From an uncultured Solirubrobacterales bacterium (GTDB lineage: Bacteria > Actinomycetota > Thermoleophilia > Solirubrobacterales > 70-9), in assembly GCA_963790085.1 (NCBI GenBank), contig CAWBNH010000006.1, forward strand, positions 306,743-370,742: a stretch of 64,000 nt of DNA. The letters run 5' to 3'. This document shows, in pieces, positions 60,668-64,000 of the stretch. Within the stretch, counting starts at the first letter, position 1. Each line of letters starts with the position of its first letter. Under the pieces are notes generated by a model. That model made no database searches and was not told where the DNA came from. It saw only the letters and a program-made list of their open reading frames with translations. Position numbers and translations under genes: made by a program.

Positions 60668-62752
60668 GTGTCGCACAAGCCGGCTGATCGGATCCGCAAC
60701 GTCGCCCTGATCGGCCATCGCGGCTGCGGCAAGACCTCGATCTGCGAGGCGCTGCTGTTCGAGGCGGGTGCGATCAACCGGCTCGGGCGCGTCGACGACG
60801 GCACCGCCGCCGCTGACTTCGAGGAGGACGAGCGCGAGCGCGGAATGTCGATCACGGCGTCCGTCTGCGCCGCCGAGTACGGCGACCGCAAGCTCAACCT
60901 GATCGACACTCCGGGCGAGCCGAGCTTCATCGCCGAGACGCTCAACTCGCTCTCGGTCGCCGACTCGGCGATCGTCGTGGTCAGCGGCGTCGCGGGGGTC
61001 GAGGTCGGCACCGAGCGGGTCTGGGAGCACGCCGCGGGGGCGGGACTGCCGCGACTGATCTGCATCAACATGCTCGATCGCGAGCGGGCCGACTTCTTCG
61101 CGACGCTCGATGCCCTGAAGTCGGCGTTCGGTCCACACGTGGTCGCGACCGAGATCCCGATCGGCGCCGAGCATGAGGTGCGCGGCGTGGTCGATCTGAT
61201 CGACATGAAGGCGTTCGTTCACGATGGCCCCGGCCGCGGCGACTTCACCGAGGCCGAGATCCCCGAGGAGCTGCTCGAGCGGGCGACCGAGTTCCGCGAG
61301 AAGCTGATGGACGAGGTCGCCGAGAACTCCGACGAGCTGATGGAGCGCTACCTGGAGGGTGAGGAGATCTCGCACGATGAGATCGTCACGGCGCTGAAGC
61401 GAGGGGTGACCGAGGGTCACCTGTTCCCGGTCACCGGCAGCGTCGCCACCCAGAACCTGGGCACGGCCCGCCTGCTCGAGGCGATCGTCGAGGATCTTCC
61501 ATCCCCGGCAATGCGAGGTCCGAAGACCCTGCTGAACGGCCAGGATGAACCGATCGAGGTCGAGCCCGACGACGACGGCGAGCTCGTAGCGCAGGTCTTC
61601 CGGACGACCGCAGATCCCTACGCCGGGCGCCTGAATCTGGTCCGGGTGCTGCGCGGGACCCTCGCCACCGACAGCCAGGTCGAGAACGTGACCGCGCGCA
61701 AGCGGGAGCGGATCGGGGCTCTCGGCGAGCCTCGCGGCAGCGAGATCCGACCGGTCGACGACCTCGGCGCCGGGGACATCGGCGTGATCCCGAAGCTGAA
61801 GAGCACCCGTGCCGGCGAGCTGCTCTGCTCGGGCCCCGAGGACCTCGCGGTGCCGCCGCTCGAGTTGCCGTCGCCGGTGATGGCGTTCGCCTTCGAGCCG
61901 CGGAGCAAGGGCGACGAGGAGAAGGCAGCGAAGGCGATCCGGCGCCTTCGTGAGGAGGACCCGACCCTCGACGTGCACCGCGACCCGCAGACCGGTGAGC
62001 AGATCATCGCCGGGCTGACCCAGATCCACGTCGAGGTGGTGGTCGATCGGATGCGGCGTCGCTACGGCGCCGAGATCGAGCTGCACCCGCCGCAGGTCCC
62101 GTACGTCGAGACGATCCGGCGCCCGGCCGACGCCCACGCGCGCTACAAGAAGCAGACCGGGGGACGCGGCCAGTTCGCCGACTGCAAGCTCAAGATCAGC
62201 CCGGCCGAGCCCGGCAGCGGCCTGACCTTCGTCAACCAGATCAAGGGTGGAGTGATCCCGACCGGGTTCATCCCTGCAGTCGAGAAGGGGGTCAGGGAGG
62301 CGATGGAGCACGGCACGCTCGCAGGACACCCGGTCAAGGACGTCGAGGTACGGCTCTACGACGGCCAGCACCACTCGGTGGACTCCTCGGAGATGGCCTT
62401 CAAGATCTGCGGCTCGATGGCTTTCAAGCAGGCGATGGCCGCGGCCGACCCCGCCCTGCTCGAACCGATCGTGCAACTGGCGATCACCGTGCCGGAGGAG
62501 TCCGTCGGTGACGTGATCGGTGACCTCAGCTCGCGGCGCGGCCATCCGCTTGGGATGGAGCCGAAGGCCTCGGTGACCGAGATCCGGGCCGAGGCGCCGA
62601 TGTCCGAGGTGCTCGACTACGCGCCCGAGTTGCGGGCGATGACCGCGGGGCGCGGTGAGTACACGCTCGAGTTCGCCCGCTACGAGGAGGTCCCGGCGCA
62701 GCTGGTCGCAAAGGTCGTGGCCGCCGCCGAGCCCGCGGCTAGGCCGGCCTAG
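60668..62752 (+). CDS. elongation factor G paralog (EF-G2-like GTPase)
   Basis: GTG start. G1 is 'GHRGCGKT', G3 is 'DTPGEPSF' and G4 is 'NMLD'. EF-G domains III-V follow ('GGRGQFADC', 'HSVDSSEMAFK'). Confidence 0.85.
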   Translation: MSHKPADRIRNVALIGHRGCGKTSICEALLFEAGAINRLGRVDDGTAAADFEEDERERGMSITASVCAAEYGDRKLNLIDTPGEPSFIAETLNSLSVADSAIVVVSGVAGVEVGTERVWEHAAGAGLPRLICINMLDRERADFFATLDALKSAFGPHVVATEIPIGAEHEVRGVVDLIDMKAFVHDGPGRGDFTEAEIPEELLERATEFREKLMDEVAENSDELMERYLEGEEISHDEIVTALKRGVTEGHLFPVTGSVATQNLGTARLLEAIVEDLPSPAMRGPKTLLNGQDEPIEVEPDDDGELVAQVFRTTADPYAGRLNLVRVLRGTLATDSQVENVTARKRERIGALGEPRGSEIRPVDDLGAGDIGVIPKLKSTRAGELLCSGPEDLAVPPLELPSPVMAFAFEPRSKGDEEKAAKAIRRLREEDPTLDVHRDPQTGEQIIAGLTQIHVEVVVDRMRRRYGAEIELHPPQVPYVETIRRPADAHARYKKQTGGRGQFADCKLKISPAEPGSGLTFVNQIKGGVIPTGFIPAVEKGVREAMEHGTLAGHPVKDVEVRLYDGQHHSVDSSEMAFKICGSMAFKQAMAAADPALLEPIVQLAITVPEESVGDVIGDLSSRRGHPLGMEPKASVTEIRAEAPMSEVLDYAPELRAMTAGRGEYTLEFARYEEVPAQLVAKVVAAAEPAARPA

Positions 62753-62782
62753 GCATCGGGCCCCGGTCCGCTCGCGCCGGCG

Positions 62783-63712
62783 CTAGACGCGGTGCGTGAC
62801 GATCATCGGGCACTCCGACGAGGCGATCAGCTCGCTCGAGACGCTGCCGAGCAGCACACGCCGGATCGGGCCGTAGCCCCGGGAGCCGACGACGAGCAGA
62901 TCGAGCGACGCCGAGCGGGCGAGCAGCTCCGCCGCGGGATCACCGTGGACGATCTCGACCGTGCGGGGCAACTCGCCCTCGAGCCGCCCCAGCTCGACCT
63001 CCGCGGCGTCGCGAATCGCCTCGCCGCGGCGATCGTGCAGGCCCCGGCCCACCAGTGCATCGAGCGCCTCGCCGACGACGCGTGACTCCGCATGAGAACG
63101 GAGATCAACCACGCCGATCACCTCGAGCGCCGCGCCGTGCGCGAGCGCGAGATCGGCGGCAAACCGGAGAGCCTGCGCGGAGGTCTCCGAGCCGTCGAAG
63201 CCGACCCCGATCCGCTCGAGCGGGCCCGGCTCGGCCTCGGCGTAGCCGCGCGGCGCCAGCGCCACCGGACAGGGCGATCCGCTCAGCATCCGGTCGACCG
63301 TGGTCCCGGGGGCGAGCCTGCCGATCCGGCCGCGATGAGTCGAGCCGAGCACCAGCAGGCCGGCCGACTCGCGCTCGCAGAGTCCGGTCAGGCCGCGGCC
63401 GGCCGAGTCGTCGATCAGCACCCGCGGCTCGACCTCGAGGCCCCCCAGCCGGCTCGATGCCATCCGCTCGAGCGCCTCCCCCCCCTGCCGCTCGAGGTCG
63501 GCGGTGATCTCCTGCCAGGTCCTGGCCTCCGGCGAGGGGCGCAGCGGCGGCTCGCCGATCTCACCGGGCGGCATCGGCACGACGATCGTCGCCAGCACCC
63601 GGCCGCGCCCCGTCGCCAGCGCAGCCGCCAGCGCGGCCGCATCCTCTCCGCCCGCGCGGGCGTCGAAGGCGACGACCATCGCGGGCGCTTGATCTCGATC
63701 GCTGGCGGGCAT
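62783..63712 (-). CDS. tandem-domain universal stress protein (paralog of 47052..47930)
   Basis: 'LVLGSTHRGRIGRLAPGT', 'IGVGFDGSETS' and 'LVVGSRGYGPIRRVLLGSVSSELI' are present. Possible starts are ATG 63712, ATG 63679, or the long ORF start at 63784. Confidence 0.85.
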   Translation of the reverse strand: MPASDRDQAPAMVVAFDARAGGEDAAALAAALATGRGRVLATIVVPMPPGEIGEPPLRPSPEARTWQEITADLERQGGEALERMASSRLGGLEVEPRVLIDDSAGRGLTGLCERESAGLLVLGSTHRGRIGRLAPGTTVDRMLSGSPCPVALAPRGYAEAEPGPLERIGVGFDGSETSAQALRFAADLALAHGAALEVIGVVDLRSHAESRVVGEALDALVGRGLHDRRGEAIRDAAEVELGRLEGELPRTVEIVHGDPAAELLARSASLDLLVVGSRGYGPIRRVLLGSVSSELIASSECPMIVTHRV

Positions 63713-63851
63713 CGGAGGGGGCGGACGATAGGCGATGCCGTCTCCCTCCCGGCGGCGGGGAGAGCCTCGAGCGGAGCAATGCACCGGTCTGCGGCTAACT
63801 ACGGAACGGGATAAGTACCCGGCGGGAAAGGATTCAGCCCGTCTCGCCCGG

Positions 63852-64000
63852 ATGAACTCAACTCAGATCCTCATCACAGTCCTCTACGGGGCCGCCGTAA
63901 TCGTCGCGGTCTTGATCTCGATCTTCGTGATCCGCTCGACCTCGGAACGGCGTCGCAGGCAACGCGGCGCCGACCTCGACGTGATCGTCGAGCGGGAGAA
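63852..64000 (+). CDS. 5' fragment of a membrane-anchored protein (runs off the window)
   Basis: The ATG at 63852 gives 'MNSTQILITVLYGAAVIVAVLISIFVIRSTSERRRR...'. There is no stop before the window end. No family is recognisable. Confidence 0.35.
   Translation, partial: MNSTQILITVLYGAAVIVAVLISIFVIRSTSERRRRQRGADLDVIVERE

Overview
The window is visibly very GC-rich (GC not computed), gene-dense chromosomal DNA from a Gram-positive, Actinomycetota-like organism. I support about 60 protein-coding genes. I found no rRNA, tRNA, CRISPR array, transposase, integrase or phage genes.

Layout:
- 1-15 kb: housekeeping and envelope genes. These are a GNAT fragment, an AddB/AddA helicase-nuclease pair, an HxlR regulator, a class B PBP, a small Cys-rich protein with FHA and orphan ParA genes, and an MscS channel.
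- 15-24.8 kb: one long minus-strand run. It carries ugd, two NDP-sugar pyrophosphorylases, PGI/PMI, two redoxins and thrB. An M20 peptidase and an LCP ligase follow.
- 24.9-32.3 kb: a complete F1Fo ATP synthase operon, atpI-like then B-E-F-H-A-G-D-C.
- 32.5-42.5 kb: the conserved Gram-positive block rpmE, DUF1385, prfA, prmC, tsaC, rpiB, glyA, DUF354, wecA. A CDF exporter and an FKBP lipoprotein are inserted in it.
- 42.6-63.8 kb: the most interesting part. It holds a NarL-type response regulator, a DevS/DosS-like GAF histidine kinase, a receiver-only regulator and a 'TPCP' P1B ATPase. It also holds two paralogous tandem USPs and a translationally coupled group-3b-like [NiFe] hydrogenase operon with an embedded cNMP-domain protein. 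The remaining genes are a maturation protease, pyruvate phosphate dikinase, a WS/DGAT triacylglycerol synthase, a TreT-like GT4, an SQR-like flavoprotein and an EF-G paralog. Together these look like a DosR-style hypoxia/dormancy island.

Main observations:
- The hydrogenase maturation protease has no in-frame stop and reads straight into ppdK. The junction has a TTA codon with an offset TAG.
- A cNMP-like subunit sits inside the hydrogenase operon.
- The ATP synthase alpha and beta subunits carry acidic C-terminal tails.
- Both AddAB subunits carry four-Cys nuclease domains, while AddB has a degenerate Walker A motif.

All functional calls come from reading the supplied translations for family motifs. 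No database search was run.
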